Source: the human T2T-CHM13v2.0 reference genome, Homo sapiens. From it: DNA of 64,000 nucleotides. The notes under the pieces are model-generated. The model did not search any database. It was not told the origin of the DNA and was given only the letters and a program-made list of their open reading frames with translations. The position numbers were made by a program, and so were the translations under genes. The stretch is taken from the NCBI RefSeq assembly GCF_009914755.1, contig NC_060947.1; one strand, 5' to 3'. The number at the start of each line of letters is the position of its first letter. The stretch's first letter is position 1. Positions 31,440 through 44,679 of this stretch are shown here, in pieces.

Positions 31440-31748
31440 AAATATGCCTTCCTTCCTTGCCTGTGAACCCTTAGCTCTGTCTCCTGAACTCAGGGAGTCT
31501 GTTGGGCTTCCTCTGGGTTCGTTCTCCATCAACCATGGGTTGAGAACTCTGTAAGCAGTAAAGTGGGGCAAACATAGATAGGGTTCATCTTACTTGTTTT
31601 CCATCTTTCAAGAATAACTGTCCTTCATTGTACATTGGTTTTTTTTAAAAAAAAACAGCATTTCGTATATCTAATATGATTGTTTTGTTTTCAGGTGGGA
31701 AAGTAAATCTGGTACATTTTACTGGATCCTGTTCAGAAGTGCAAGTCA
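31440..31748 (-). mobile_element. Old L1M 5' UTR fragment
   Basis: ctgtctcctgaactcagggagtctgttgggct...ttcaggtgggaaagtaaatctgg...cagaagtgcaagtc. Confidence 0.55.
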
Positions 31749-31802
31749 CAATCAATAACTTTTTGATCCTATATGTTGTATTATTTTTCTTCTCAACTTA
31801 AA

Positions 31803-32062
31803 AAATTATTTTTAATTTTTGTGGATACATAGGTGTATATATTTATGGGGTTTATGGGATATTTTGACATAGGCATACAATGTATAATAATCACATCAGG
31901 GTAAATGGGGTATCCGTCACCTCAAGCATTTATCCTTTGTGTTACATACAATACAATTATACTCTTTTAGTTGTTTTAATATGTACAATTAAACTATTAT
32001 TGACTATAGTTAGCTTGTTGTGTTTCCAAATGCTAGACCTTCTTCATTCTTTCTATTTTTTT
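31803..32062 (-). mobile_element. L1MA2/3-like terminal 3' UTR
   Basis: aatcacatcagggtaaatggggtatccgtcacctcaagcatttatcctttgtgttac. Confidence 0.88.
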
Positions 32063-32069
32063 CTCTCCA

Positions 32070-32820
32070 TCAGCCTTTATTTTAGGTTCGGGAGTACACA
32101 TGCAGGTTTGTTATATGAGTAAATTGCATATCACTGGGGTTTGGTGTACAAATGATTTCATCACCCAGGTAGTAAAGAGTGCATGGTAGGTAGTTTTTCA
32201 ACCCTCATCCTCCTCCCATCCTCAACCCTCAAGTAGGCCATGGTTTCTATTGTTTTTCTCTTTGTGTGCATGCGTACTCAACGTTTAGCTCCAACTTATA
32301 AGTGAGAATATGGTATTTGGTTTTCTGTTCCTGCATTAGTTTGCTGAGGATAATGGCCTCCAGCTACATCAATGTTCCTGCAAAGGGCATGATTTTATTC
32401 TTTTTAATGGTTTCATGGTATTCCATGGTGTATATGTACCACATTTTCTTTATTCAATCTACCTATGATGGGCATGTAGGTTGACTATGTCTTTGTTATT
32501 GTGAATAATGCAGCAATGAAAATACGAGTGCATGTGTCTTTTTGATAGAACAGTTTATATTTGCTTGGGTATATACCCAGTAATGGGATTGCTCGGTCAA
32601 ATGGTAGTTCTGTTTTACGTTCTTTGAGAAATCTCCAAATTGCTTTCCATGGTGGCTGAACTAATTTACATTCCCACCAGCAGTGTATAAGTGTTCCCTT
32701 TTCTCCGTGTCCTCACTAGCATCCTTTATTTTCTGCCTTTTTAATAATCGTTATTCTGACTGGTGTGAAATGGTATCTTATTGCAGTTTTGATTTGTATT
32801 TCTCTAATGATTAGTGAAAT
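32070..32820 (-). mobile_element. L1PA15/16-like 3' end
   Basis: aggtttgttatatgagtaaattgcatatcactggggtttggtgtacaaatgatttcatcacccagg. Confidence 0.88.
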
Positions 32821-33414
32821 ATTGTACTTTTTAGCACGAGGATTTTCATTTGATTTTTTGTTTAGTAGTATTTCTATTTCTGTATCCATGTGGTAGGTTT
32901 CTATGTGATATATATTTTCTTTGTAAAGTTTATATTTGTACATTTTAAAAAAAATACAAATGGCTAATGACTTTTAATCAGAAAAAGACGAAAATTAATG
33001 TAGATATTGTATGCAATTTTGTTCTCAAGTTAGATATAAAACCCTAAAGGCTTTCATAAGGGAAAGAAAGAAAATGAGAGTGTAGGTGATGAGAGAGAGT
33101 AGGGGAGGAGAAACATATATCGAATTGAAATAGAGATAAAATTACAAAAGAACTGCAAGATCTACCAAGACATGTATTAACATTGACATAGTATCTACCA
33201 CTTGCCTACCCAATGATAGGTATTATATATACATCTACATTACCTTTGTTTCACTTTACTTTTTAATTTCTTATTGAATTTTTTTTTGTATTTATTCACT
33301 TTCAATTTTTTTGAGAAACTTTTCTTCTAAATGTTGAGAATACAAGGATAAAACCTGATTTAGAACTTATATTGTAGGAGGTTATTGAAGTTGACCATGA
33401 ATAAGCAAATGACT

Positions 33415-33592
33415 TAGTGGTCTAAAGAAGAAAAAAAATGGAGTCAGAATGTATCTACCCTGTTACTTCTCATCTCAAGCTTTCCATTGGCAAATGATTT
33501 GATGAGCACATATATCTCTATCAGTCAATTTTTTAAAAGGCTTCTCTGGTAATTCTGATTGATAGTTAAATGTTTAAGAACAGCTTCTCTAA
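33415..33592. mobile_element. MER5-type hAT remnant
   Basis: ttttaaaaggcttctctggtaattctgatt...gtttaagaacagcttctcta resembles the MER5 terminus. Confidence 0.45.
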
Positions 33593-34464
33593 CACATGAT
33601 TTTACCTGCTTGTATTGCAAATAACCAGATCTAAAATCTTATTACATTTGTTTAGTTGTTGAATTTTATCACTGTATTTAAGCTGGTTTAAACTTCCCTT
33701 CCTATCACACTCTCTGGGCATAAGCCAGTGATGGGAAATTTATGCAAAAGCCATTGAGTTAGACATTAGGTAAATTAAGTACAACTCCTAGATTGCAAGA
33801 ACTTTATGCGGAATATACAACGAACAAACCAAAACCCATCATATTAGGGAGCCTGTAATATATATCTTTGAAAGAGTGCAACTGAAGTGTTACAGTGGCT
33901 TAAAGAGTTAAATGCTTTCTAGAAACAGGCTTTTGATAGGATTAAAGAAGAGACAGATTTTAAGATAGGTAGATACGTGGAAAATCAGTGCATTCCAATA
34001 AATAACATACACAATAGAAATATACATTCATATCTTCCCTGAAGTGATTTGTAATCTTGATGAGCTCAAATAGTGTTCTCATATGAATTCTACTAGATCA
34101 TCATATTTTCATTTGTTACATCACCATAGATTCTGTCTCCCAGACTTGACTTAATAGATAATAGTTTATCTCTGCCTTTTTTGGGAACTTCCTTGGAAAT
34201 GGATTGACTCTAGTTCAATAGCTGACACCAACACAAGTGGATCTTTTGTTTCAGAATTTAACATATTGACAATTAGTTTCTAGAGTGAGGTAGAATATAA
34301 TGCATAAACACCAACTATCAATCACTAACTTTACACTTTACTAATTCCGTATGATGTGGTAAAAATGATGAATAGGGCCATACTTGGAGGAGGAGTAGGG
34401 TAGAGGCAATGGCCCAAAGATCAAGTTTGCAGGTGACAAAGCATTTTAACCAACAAAATTACCA

Positions 34465-34620
34465 TGACTTTCTTGAGTGTCTGCTCTGTAAAATACACCA
34501 TGCTAGGTGACAGATAAAAAGAAATATAGGATGTGATGTTGCCTGCCCTCAACAGCTTATAATTGAATTGGAAGTAAATCCCTCCTCTACATAAGAATAG
34601 CACAACAAAATGCATACAGA
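34465..34620 (-). mobile_element. L2 3' fragment
   Basis: ttgagtgtctgctctgt...caccatgctagg...cctgccctcaacagcttata. Confidence 0.6.
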
Positions 34621-34640
34621 AACTAAAAGAAAACTCTCCA

Positions 34641-35312
34641 GCAGCAGTTTTTATTTTTATTTTTAAGTTCCGGGGTACATGTGCAGGACGTGCAGGTTTG
34701 TTACATAGGTAAACATGTGCCATGGTGGTTTGCTGCACCTATCAACCCATCACCTAGGTATTAAGCCCAGCATGAGTGCATTAGCTACTTTTCCTAATGC
34801 TCTCCCTCCCCCAACCCCATCCCCCGATGGGCTCCAGTGTGTGTTATTCCCCTCCCTGTGCCCATATGTTCTCATTGTTCAGCTCCCACTTGTAAGAGAG
34901 AAAATGCGGTGTTTGGTTTTCTGTTCCTGCAATAGTTTGCTCAGGATAATAGCTTCCAGCTCCATTCATGTCTGTACAAAAGAAATGATCTCATTCCTTT
35001 TTATGGCTGCATAGTGTTCCATGGTGTATATGTACCACATTTTCTTTATTCAGTCTATCATTGATGGGCATTCGGGTTGATTCCATGTCTTTGCTATTGT
35101 GAATAGTGCTTCAATGAACATATGTGTGCATGTATCTTTGTAATAGAATGATTTATATTCCACTGTTGGTGGAAATGCAAATTAGTTCAACCATTGTGGA
35201 AGACGATGCAGTGATTCCTCAAAAATCTAGAACCAGAAATAGCATTTGATGCAGCAATCCCATTACTGAGTATATACCCAAAGGAATAGAAATCATTCTG
35301 GCAGCAGTTTTT
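34641..35312 (-). mobile_element. L1PA8-like 3' end with 5' inversion (twin priming) and 12-bp TSD
   Basis: TSD gcagcagttttt at 34641-34652 and 35301-35312; antisense L1 up to about 35161, sense L1 35162-35299. Confidence 0.92.
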
Positions 35313-35441
35313 AAATAACTTCTATGAAGAGTAATGCAAAGACCTTAAAATGGAATTACCTGAAATAAAAAAATAAAATAATTATAGTTTATTTGTTTTA
35401 AAAGGTAACAACCTGTAAGGTATGAGGAAGCTGAGGCAAAG

Positions 35442-35700
35442 ACACACACAAACACACACACTCACACACACACACATTTTTTTTTGTAGCGATGGGGTTT
35501 TGCCATGTTGCACAGGCCACATAACTGGAATCTGTGGGGCTCAAAACTATGTCTGATGGACTCCAGTGCCCAAGCTGGCATGTCACTTCCCTGTAAAGGA
35601 ATAAGCATGAATCTTACTTTGTACCAATGACGGGGCAACACAATGCTTTTACATAGTTTATAACCCTTTTCTTTATCCTATTCCCAAGTTCTCCACCTGT

Positions 35701-35735
<35 letters not shown>

Positions 35736-36342
35736 GACACACACACACATCTTTTTATCAGTAGTAATGTTTAATTATTTATGCCCATGCTTTCCAATGG
35801 CTCATTGTGAATTAGCTCAGCAAGTTTAGAGGGACTTCATACTTATATAGAGCTGTCCTTTTTCTTCTAGAAAGAAAAGGGAAGGACAAGAAGAGTCTGG
35901 GCTGCACTGCAGAGCTCTCTCATGCCATTTGAAAATACTTTACTGTTCACTTGCTTATCTCTCAATATGTCTCTCTCTCTCTCTTTCACTCAAACACACA
36001 CAGACACACACAGACACACACACACTCACACAATCAGTTTGTCAGTTAATTGCCTGTGGCTAAAGTTAATGTTCTAACAAACTAGGTATTAACTGAAGTA
36101 ATGAGTGGTATCATCTAAGTTATCACCATTATAAACCATATTTAACAGTTTAGAAAATCAATAATATTATTAAACAAAGTTTAGTGCTTCTGGAAGAGTT
36201 CCTTGGCAAACAGTTGATTTCTGACAGATTGTGACTAATTTTTCTGCTTCCTGGGAGGTAGAACATGTTCTTCTGCCTTAGTAACTATTAAGAGTTTGTG
36301 CATTTTGAAAAAAGTCACACACACACACACACACACTATATA

Positions 36343-36373
<31 letters not shown>

Positions 36374-36515
36374 TTATGTTTTTATAGAGACAGGGTTTTG
36401 CCATATTGCCCAGGCTGGTCTTGAACCCCTGGGCTTAAATGATCTGCCCACCTTGGCCTCCTAAAATGCTGGAATTACAGGCATGAACCACTGCGCCCGG
36501 CCACACACACACACA
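35442..36515. repeat. Cluster of (CA)n/(TG)n microsatellites
   Basis: Tracts near 35442-35476, 35701-35748, 35994-36030, 36316-36363 and 36502-36515. Confidence 0.9.
36373..36502 (-). mobile_element. Alu monomer (FLAM_C-like)
   Basis: Single ~125-bp left-arm-like unit ending ccactgcgcccggcc. Confidence 0.85.
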
Positions 36516-37489
36516 TACGTGAACCATAGTACTACATTTTAACTTCTATCAGTGAGGCTGCTTATTTATAGATCTATAACTGAGGAGAAGGCAGGCAGTG
36601 GGGGTGGCGACAATCCAGGCCCGATGAGTGTTCTTCTTTGATTTCTCCACACACAAACCCTTTCATTGCCTTGGGATAAGTAAATGAAAAGTAGGGAGTA
36701 GCGTGACATACTTGAGAGTTTTCTTTAAATGCGAGTTTGCCGTCCCCAGCAGTCAGGAATGGTACTAATCTGGTGGAAGGACTCTTCATGCTGTGGCTAT
36801 ATACTTAAAGTTGCTATTTACAAATGTCATCTTGGAGCTGCCAGATAGAGGAATGCAGATTCACAGAAGACTTAGCGGCAGCAATTCCAAGGGAAGATCA
36901 TCTGTGCTCTGTCAAAATATTTCCCTTAACTGAGCTTTTGGAGACTCAAGTTGTCGGAAAATAACTGGGAAATATTTGGTAGGACAACAAATAGAAAACA
37001 ACACCATTCCGACTGAACATTCTTGAAAGAACGAGTCATGGCCTGTATTTAAGAGTGTGCTATTCTAATTGAAATTTTCCATCTCATACACCAAGTCCCT
37101 TCATTAAGCACATCCTTATAGGTCTTATCCTTTGTGCATAAAATCTCATTTTATGTTTACTTTTTCCCTCTTCACTACTATATATTCTACAGCAAAAAGT
37201 TGTAAACATGAATGCATAAGTTATTAATGCACCACAGGAGCAAAAATATGGCAAATTCTTTGTAAAAGGATAAAAGTGACATAGTATAATGTAGAATTAA
37301 GCACACTCCACTGAGAGACAGGACACCTGCTTTCCTCTTTTGAATTTGTGACTAAACTATTGGGCAACCACTGGAAATTGCAAACATCCCTGTACCTAAA
37401 GACTCTCATTTGTAGAATGAGGAAATTGAATGAGATATTGCTTAATGTACCATTATATTCTGTAGTATACTATTATATTCCAGCGATTA

Positions 37490-37690
37490 CTGCACAACTC
37501 CTACATGGTAACCATGATGCTAAACATTGTCCTGTTTCATTTGATCCTCATCACACCCTTGAGATGTAGGTGTCTTCAACCTCATTTCACTCCTGCAGAG
37601 CCAGGCCTTGGAGAGAATAAGGAGAGTGCCATTGGTACAGCCTGAAAGTTGCTAGGCTGGTCCTTTGTATTCCGATAAATGTACTGTGCT
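37490..37690 (-). mobile_element. MIR
   Basis: tcatttgatcctcatcacacccttgagatgtaggtgtc. Confidence 0.6.
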
Positions 37691-38639
37691 CCTCACCTGA
37701 ACAAAAACGTTATTAATGGGCACAGGTACTTCTTGTCATCCAAGCTGTCCTTCTAGGATCCTGTATTTCAAGTACTTGACAGATGAACAAACTATATGAA
37801 TTTGTCAAAGCGTTGGAGTACAAGTTGATTAACAGCCACTTCCCTGAGCTCCTAGCCCTTCTTTGTTGTTGCTCTAGACAACAACCATCGCCCCCGCCAC
37901 CACCACCAGATAATCCATCCAGCAACTAGGAAAGAATGCCGGACACAATCTTCTAGGACTCGCTCCAGTATTAGAGCCTTTATCCACTCTGCCTGGACAC
38001 AACACTGTACTACCATTTGTGAAGTGCTTTAAATAGTACCCTTGACATTACTATCATAGCCACCCCTCCTTTCCTTTTACCTGCAGGCCTCGGACAAGAT
38101 GAGCTGACTTCTGCCCTAAAAAGATGTTTTCCAAAGTTCCTCATTGAGGGTTAAAGTTGATTTAGAATTGAGGCTAATTTAGCTGAGATTTTCAAAAGCG
38201 GCTTCTCAAGCTCTTTGCCTGGGCTCGGTTTCATTACTCTGACTTTGTATAGGGACCTGGTTCCCGATGATCCCTACTTCTCTAGAATGTCTTCAGCTTT
38301 GCTGGCCCTTCTGTCCATCCTTATTGTCAGTACTTGCCTGACACGTCCTCCTCCCCTGATTACCAGTTTGCGAGATGATCTATTCCTTTTAAAACTTGTA
38401 CACATTTTATGCCCTGACCTAAGACCTCTTCTGTCCTTCAGCAGAATTTATTCCCTCAAAAATGCATTTGGCTGGTTTGAGGCCTCTTGACTTCTATTCA
38501 ACCCAAGGCTATAGGCTTCTGGGGAGTTTACTAATGTTATATCTATCTTTCTACCTTAAAAGTAACAAAGGTGTTTTCTTCTTGGCTGCTCAATTTTTTA
38601 CTCCTATCGTTACCACTCTCCATTATACAAAATATTTTA

Positions 38640-38792
38640 CTTATTGACCTTATTTTGTAGTAACATAGAAGGTAAGCTCTATTAAGGTAGGATTTATTTC
38701 TATCTTGTTGACTGATGGGTTTCAGGTGCTTGAAACAAGACCTAGTATAATTAGGTTCTTGGAAAATATTTGTTGAAAGGTTGAATAAATGT
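38640..38792 (+). mobile_element. L2 3' end
   Basis: agaaggtaagctc...aaatatttgttgaaaggttgaataaat. Confidence 0.65.
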
Positions 38793-39752
38793 ATGGACCT
38801 ATACCCTAGTGCCTTTCTGCCTTTAACCATTGTGTTACAAAAGTTATCTCCTAATAATTTTCATATTATATAAACTAAGAATAAATAGATCATTGCATAA
38901 AACCAGAAAATAATTTGGCAGAAAATTTTTGCCCTAGAATAGACAGAGTTGTGCTTGGTCAGAAGAGTGGTGGAGAATTGATCTGAATGGGTAAATTGTG
39001 TGAGCTGAGTCGGAGGTGGACTAGAGGCCAGAGTAGCTATTGTCCTAATTACTCAGTGAACTTCATGAAATTTGTCTGTAAATAACATACTTATCACCCT
39101 CACAGACCTCTCTGCACAAATGCTTTCACATGAATTTGAGCTCCCATATCCCTTTCTAGGAGGATTTTATGGATGTATTTGGCATGTCTGCTGCAGTGTG
39201 AAGCTAATTTACCTTCAGGAATATGTTCTCAATACAGGCCACAGCAGGCAGGCTTCAGGTACACCCCGTTCACTGCCATATCAGAGGCTGATTGCTGTGC
39301 AGAGAGTTTCATGAAAATTATTTTATTTTGTATTTCTAGATTTGCCCCTGAAATAGTTTTTATCATTGTATTGATGATCTTAATCAAACTACAACAGAAA
39401 TTCTGAAAGTAATTAGGCTTAAGTAAAACATAGATGCATACATACCACCAGCCAAACTCATGAATACCAGTAACAAGCATTTACCATGGTCATTTCTGAT
39501 ATTGAACATTGATTCAATGTTGTGAAAAGCTGTATTTTTAAATGCTTTTTTTCTAGGATGTTGATCACTACCCACAAGCCATGACCCTCCTCCAGGAAAC
39601 TAATTCACCCACAGCCTCTCCTGCCTCAATAGGCACGTTTTGTAACCTAAATTCAAGTTCAGGCCATATCAAGGTGGACAGGAGAGGACTTCTGACTGAA
39701 GACTCATTAATCCATAGACAGCCCTATACTTTGTGATCTGATAGAAGAATTA

Positions 39753-40097
<345 letters not shown>

Positions 40098-40184
40098 AAT
40101 TTGAATACAAAGAGTAAGGAATAATTTACCAATTGGAACTGCAGGCAGAAGCTGAAGGAATGCAGTGAGAATATAAAAAGTTAA

Positions 40185-40385
40185 CATCCACCGAATGCCT
40201 ACCATATGCCTGACACTATCCAGCATGTTAAACAGGCTATCTTTTACATCTCCATAACAGCTCTATGGCCTAGGCATTGCTCTTAATTTGCAGGCCCACA
40301 GAAAATAAGTTATTTAGTTACTTGGCTATGCATTAGCTAGTGGGGCCAGGATTCAAGCCTAGGTCTATGTGATTTCAGAGGCTCT
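40185..40385 (-). mobile_element. MIR
   Basis: gaatgcctaccatatgcctgacact...agctagtggggccaggattcaagcctaggtct. Confidence 0.75.
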
Positions 40386-41857
40386 CCTCTTAATCGTTGT
40401 ATGGTACTGATTACAAAGGAAAGAGACTTTGTTCAAGTTCAGGTGGAGGATAACCCATGAGCATCTAGAGAATACCAGTTGTCTGTGAAGAGAAGTGGAA
40501 TGGAATGAAATGGAACAGAGCAAAGGAAGGATAGCTATTGAGAAAATATTTCCTAGGAGAAAGAAGGAGGGAGAGGCTGGTCTCAAGAACTGCTTTAGTT
40601 TAGTGTGGTGTTCTGCTGTTAGACTGAATTTCAAACCATCTGTACTCTTGCACATTACTTGAGAAATTCTTTGTCCTTTGCCAATAAAATAAGTTTTTAA
40701 AACTTGTATGTACTAATCAGAACCATAAAAATCTATTTTAAAGAGAGAACAAACACAATTAAGATGTGTGTGCTACAAGCGTCCCATTCTTTCCTTCTGC
40801 TTCTGCCTTCATCTGCCAGCCTATTTCCCTTGGGAAGATTGGTACAGAGATGGACCCAATGAAGCTAGGGCCAGGAGGTCTGATGTTCATTTCTGGTTTG
40901 GGAGTTCCTTCACTGAATAGTCTCCTTACAATGAGGAAGACGGTAGCCATAACAAAATACCTAGAGTCCAGTAAATGCCAGCTTCTCTTTCCTCCAATGC
41001 CACATGTACTATGCACTTCTGTTGGGAAGCCTTGGTCCCAGGGGTCATGCAACTGCAGATGTGTGCTTCCCCAAATTGCATTACCCAGGCAGCTCTCCAT
41101 TTTAACAACCACTCCTGGACCCCAGAATCTAAGGTATCAAGGAAGGTCTTGGATAAACTCTTAACACTCATGCGTCTGCTTTATCCGTGGAATAAAATTC
41201 TCACCTCCTAAATTGGAGTTTTTTCTAAAAATTCCTCTTTTCCATCTTTGGATCCCTTCACTTTGTTCTTTGCCTTCACTTGCCTTCACTTTGCTCTTTC
41301 AACAAGTCCGGGTCAAGTTTTAAACTCATCTCCTGGAGTACCTTCAAATTCTGTCCCTTTGAAAATTGCAAATGAAGAAATGCTCTATAAAGGAAAGACC
41401 AGAATGACTTAATCAGTGGTTGAATTGATTCTTTCAGTTTTACAAAAATCTCAGTAACCTCACATCAATTATATGACAATGCATTTAGTTTGCAAAAAGT
41501 GCTATGATAAATTAGATATCTAAATATCAGATGAAACCAGGGCTTTCCGGGATTTCCTTAGATATTTCCTGGGCTCGTGTATCTGGGGACCATGTAGGTT
41601 GGCTTTTCATAAAGAAAGGTCAAAACTGCAATGGTTTCCTCTGTTACATAGATTATGAATGGGATGATTAATATAACTTCATTGGCCAATCCATCAAAAG
41701 ACATTATTTTTAATTAAAATAATAAGTAGGAGACATAAGGATACAATTCCATTTTAAAATATACAAGTAAAACCGTTTTTTGTGAGTTTAAAAAGCAGGA
41801 CACTCGTGCTGGATTCTTTATCTACCATGAGCATCTATTGTTTTTATCTGTTAAAAA

Positions 41858-42385
41858 GTCCAGTTTATTGAGGTATAATTTAGATACTGTAGAATTTAAC
41901 ATTTTCATGTGTAGTTTGATGAGTTTTGATAAATGTGTACAGTTATATACCCACCACCATAATCATAATATAAAACATTTCCCAAAAGTTCCTTCATGTC
42001 GCTTTATAGTAAATGCCTTTTCCCCATTTCCAGGCTCTGTCAAGCACTGATCTCTTTTTTTTTTTTTTTTTGCTTTTTTCAGAGCGATGTCCTAAAATAG
42101 GATCATATGTTTTGTTAACCTTTTGTTCCTGGTACCCTTCACTTAGCATCATGCAGTTGAGATACTTCATATTGTCACCTGTACCAGTAGTTTGCTTCTT
42201 TTTAATGCTCAGTAGTATTCCATTGTCCAGAGGTATTGTAATTAGTTTATTCATTTACCAGTTGAAAGATATTTGGGTTATTTCCATTTTTGGCTATTAT
42301 GATCAAAGCTGCTATGAATATTTTTTTATCAGTTTTTGTGTAAACATGTTTTCATAACTCTTGGGAAAATACACAGGGGTGGGTA
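41858..42385 (-). mobile_element. L1MC/L1ME 3' end
   Basis: tttattgaggtataatttagatac...tttgatgagttttgataaatg. Confidence 0.8.
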
Positions 42386-43099
42386 TTTCTTTTATTTTCA
42401 AGTAAATATACACACATATAAAATGAGGTATGAAAACTGTAATTATATATATATAACATATATTATATATACATTATAATATATTATATATTGTTTAATA
42501 TTTTATATATTATATATAATATAAGTAATTCTTTCAGATGAGACAAATTCATGTATTAACTGGAAACCCCAGGTTATTACATTAACTAAGTCTTTCATTC
42601 GAATGAGACTGTTTTGTGTTTAAGGTTTGATACTTTGGTCCTCTCTGAAAAGTACCTGAGAAATAATTCACAAATTTTAATGGAAGCTAAGCCTTTCAAA
42701 TTCAGCATTTTGTTTTTATTTTTATATTTCAGACAAGATATAATACTTGTTGACTCTATCAGTAGCCTGTTCATCTTTCAAAGGTTTTGATTTTGAATTT
42801 TGCATTTCATGATTTTGAAAAACTTTCTAAAACAATACATTTTCAAAATTTCTGTATAGAATGATAAAAATTAACCAGTTTTTCTTCATTGTACACAAAA
42901 CTCCTTAAGATAAAATTTGTTGATAGAGTAAAAGTTATAAATTTAGTTTAATTATCCTTTGCTACAGAGTTGGAAAGCAATAAAGGGTGGTAAGAAGTTT
43001 TAACAGCAAGCACAGTAGATAACTTTAGAGAAAAACATCTTACAGTTTTTCTTCCTTATCTGGAACCCACTAGTTGAGTTTGGTCCACTCAATCCACAT

Positions 43100-43567
43100 G
43101 ATCATGGGACAAGGTGAGTCCCTGTCTGCCCTCTTGGTAGATCATGACCTCACCTCTCTGCCTGTAGTATTTGAACCAGGATGAATTTCTAGACTATTTT
43201 AGGCCAATCAAATGCTTTTCCACAGAAATCTGGACTGACACTGAACTAAAGCTCTTTGTGTGAGTATGTCTGAGTCATAGATGCTCAGGGGCTGCTGAGA
43301 CAGCTGTTTTTCCTCCATTTAACTGAGAAGAAGAGGATGCTCATTTGCAAGGAGGAATGAAGCAGACGTGCAGAGAAACTGAGACATGAGATGCATGTTC
43401 CAATGACATTCTTAGCACTGGTTCCACTCTAGAGTTTCTGATGGTTCCTGAGGCCCAGGACACAGTCTTCTTGTGATCTGTGAAGCACTTAAAGAGGGAA
43501 ATTTTAGTTTAACAGGGCTTGATATGATTTCTATCAACTTACCATCAAAGAGTTTCTAACTGCTATA
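43100..43567 (+). mobile_element. Old ERVL/MaLR-class LTR (MLT1J/K/L-like)
   Basis: ggccaatca...ggaatgaagcagac...caatgacatt...aaagagtttctaactgctata. Confidence 0.6.
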
Positions 43568-43664
43568 ACCAGAAGTTTTTCACTACTCTCCCCCTAAATA
43601 ATTGTGGGATTAGATAAGATGCTCAAATTCTCTGAGTTTTGGTGTTTTCTGGGATTGGTGGATA

Positions 43665-43902
43665 AGAACACAGGATTTGGAGTTAGTCAAAACTGACTTC
43701 AGATATGGATTCTACCACTTCTCTTTTCTGTGAGTTGGGAAGTGTTGTTTAACTCAATTGAGCACTCTTTTCTCCACTATAAAAGAGAGATAATAGTACC
43801 TTGAATTTCTGTGAGATTTTAATGAGGAAATACTTGTAAAATAATTAGGATAATTCCTATTGTGTTGTAAGGGTTCAATAAATGGTGATCCTTGTTATTA
43901 CT
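43665..43902 (+). mobile_element. MIR
   Basis: ggatttggagttag...tctaccactt...gagataatagtacct...ttcaataaatggtg. Confidence 0.75.
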
Positions 43903-44679
43903 TATAATTCTGTAATTGTTTCTTCCTTCCCTTCCCCTTTTTCTTCTTTCTTTCCATAAATATTTTATTGTTCTATGTGCTAAAACTTATGTTAAGGATA
44001 TTTCATGTTGTTAAAGGTAAAAGACACATTCCCCCAAAGAACTGGAATTCTCACTGGGAAAGGAGATTCATAAGTATAGCCAAGGTGTCACTTTCCAAGT
44101 ACAGTAACAGACATGTGTACAGGGGCATTCACCCACAAGTCAGGCTAAGAAGAGAGGCAGCCAAGGTTCACATAGCCCTTTCACAATTTCATTGCCAATG
44201 AAGAAAGTAGATGTGGCATACAAGGGCCTACAGGCAATGGCATTTCCTGACTTGAAAGCCTACGTGCAGAGTAAGATCTTTATGAAAGGCTTCTTGAGAT
44301 TTGGTGATTTCTACTTGGGCCTCTGAGGCCAGACACACTATGATGGTGTCAAGCTCCTGTAAAGAAGAAATAGAGTGGTGGGCTACTGAAGTCACTGACC
44401 TAGTCTTTCAAAAAATGACAAAATTACCATATGGTCAATGGACAAATGGTCTTGATAGGCTTCCTCTAATAACCTGTAAAACTCACTTAATGTTTGCTGC
44501 TCTAAAGGCCTGTATTCCAATGACTGATGCCTATTACCCAATATCAGAGAGCTCTAATGCAACATTCAAAAATAACAGCACCACAGGTTAAATAAAAACA
44601 TATTCCTCTAAAAGTCCATCTTGAACTAAACTGTTCCATTTCCTTATTCAAGTTAGAAACAGTGGTGCATTTTGTTGGA

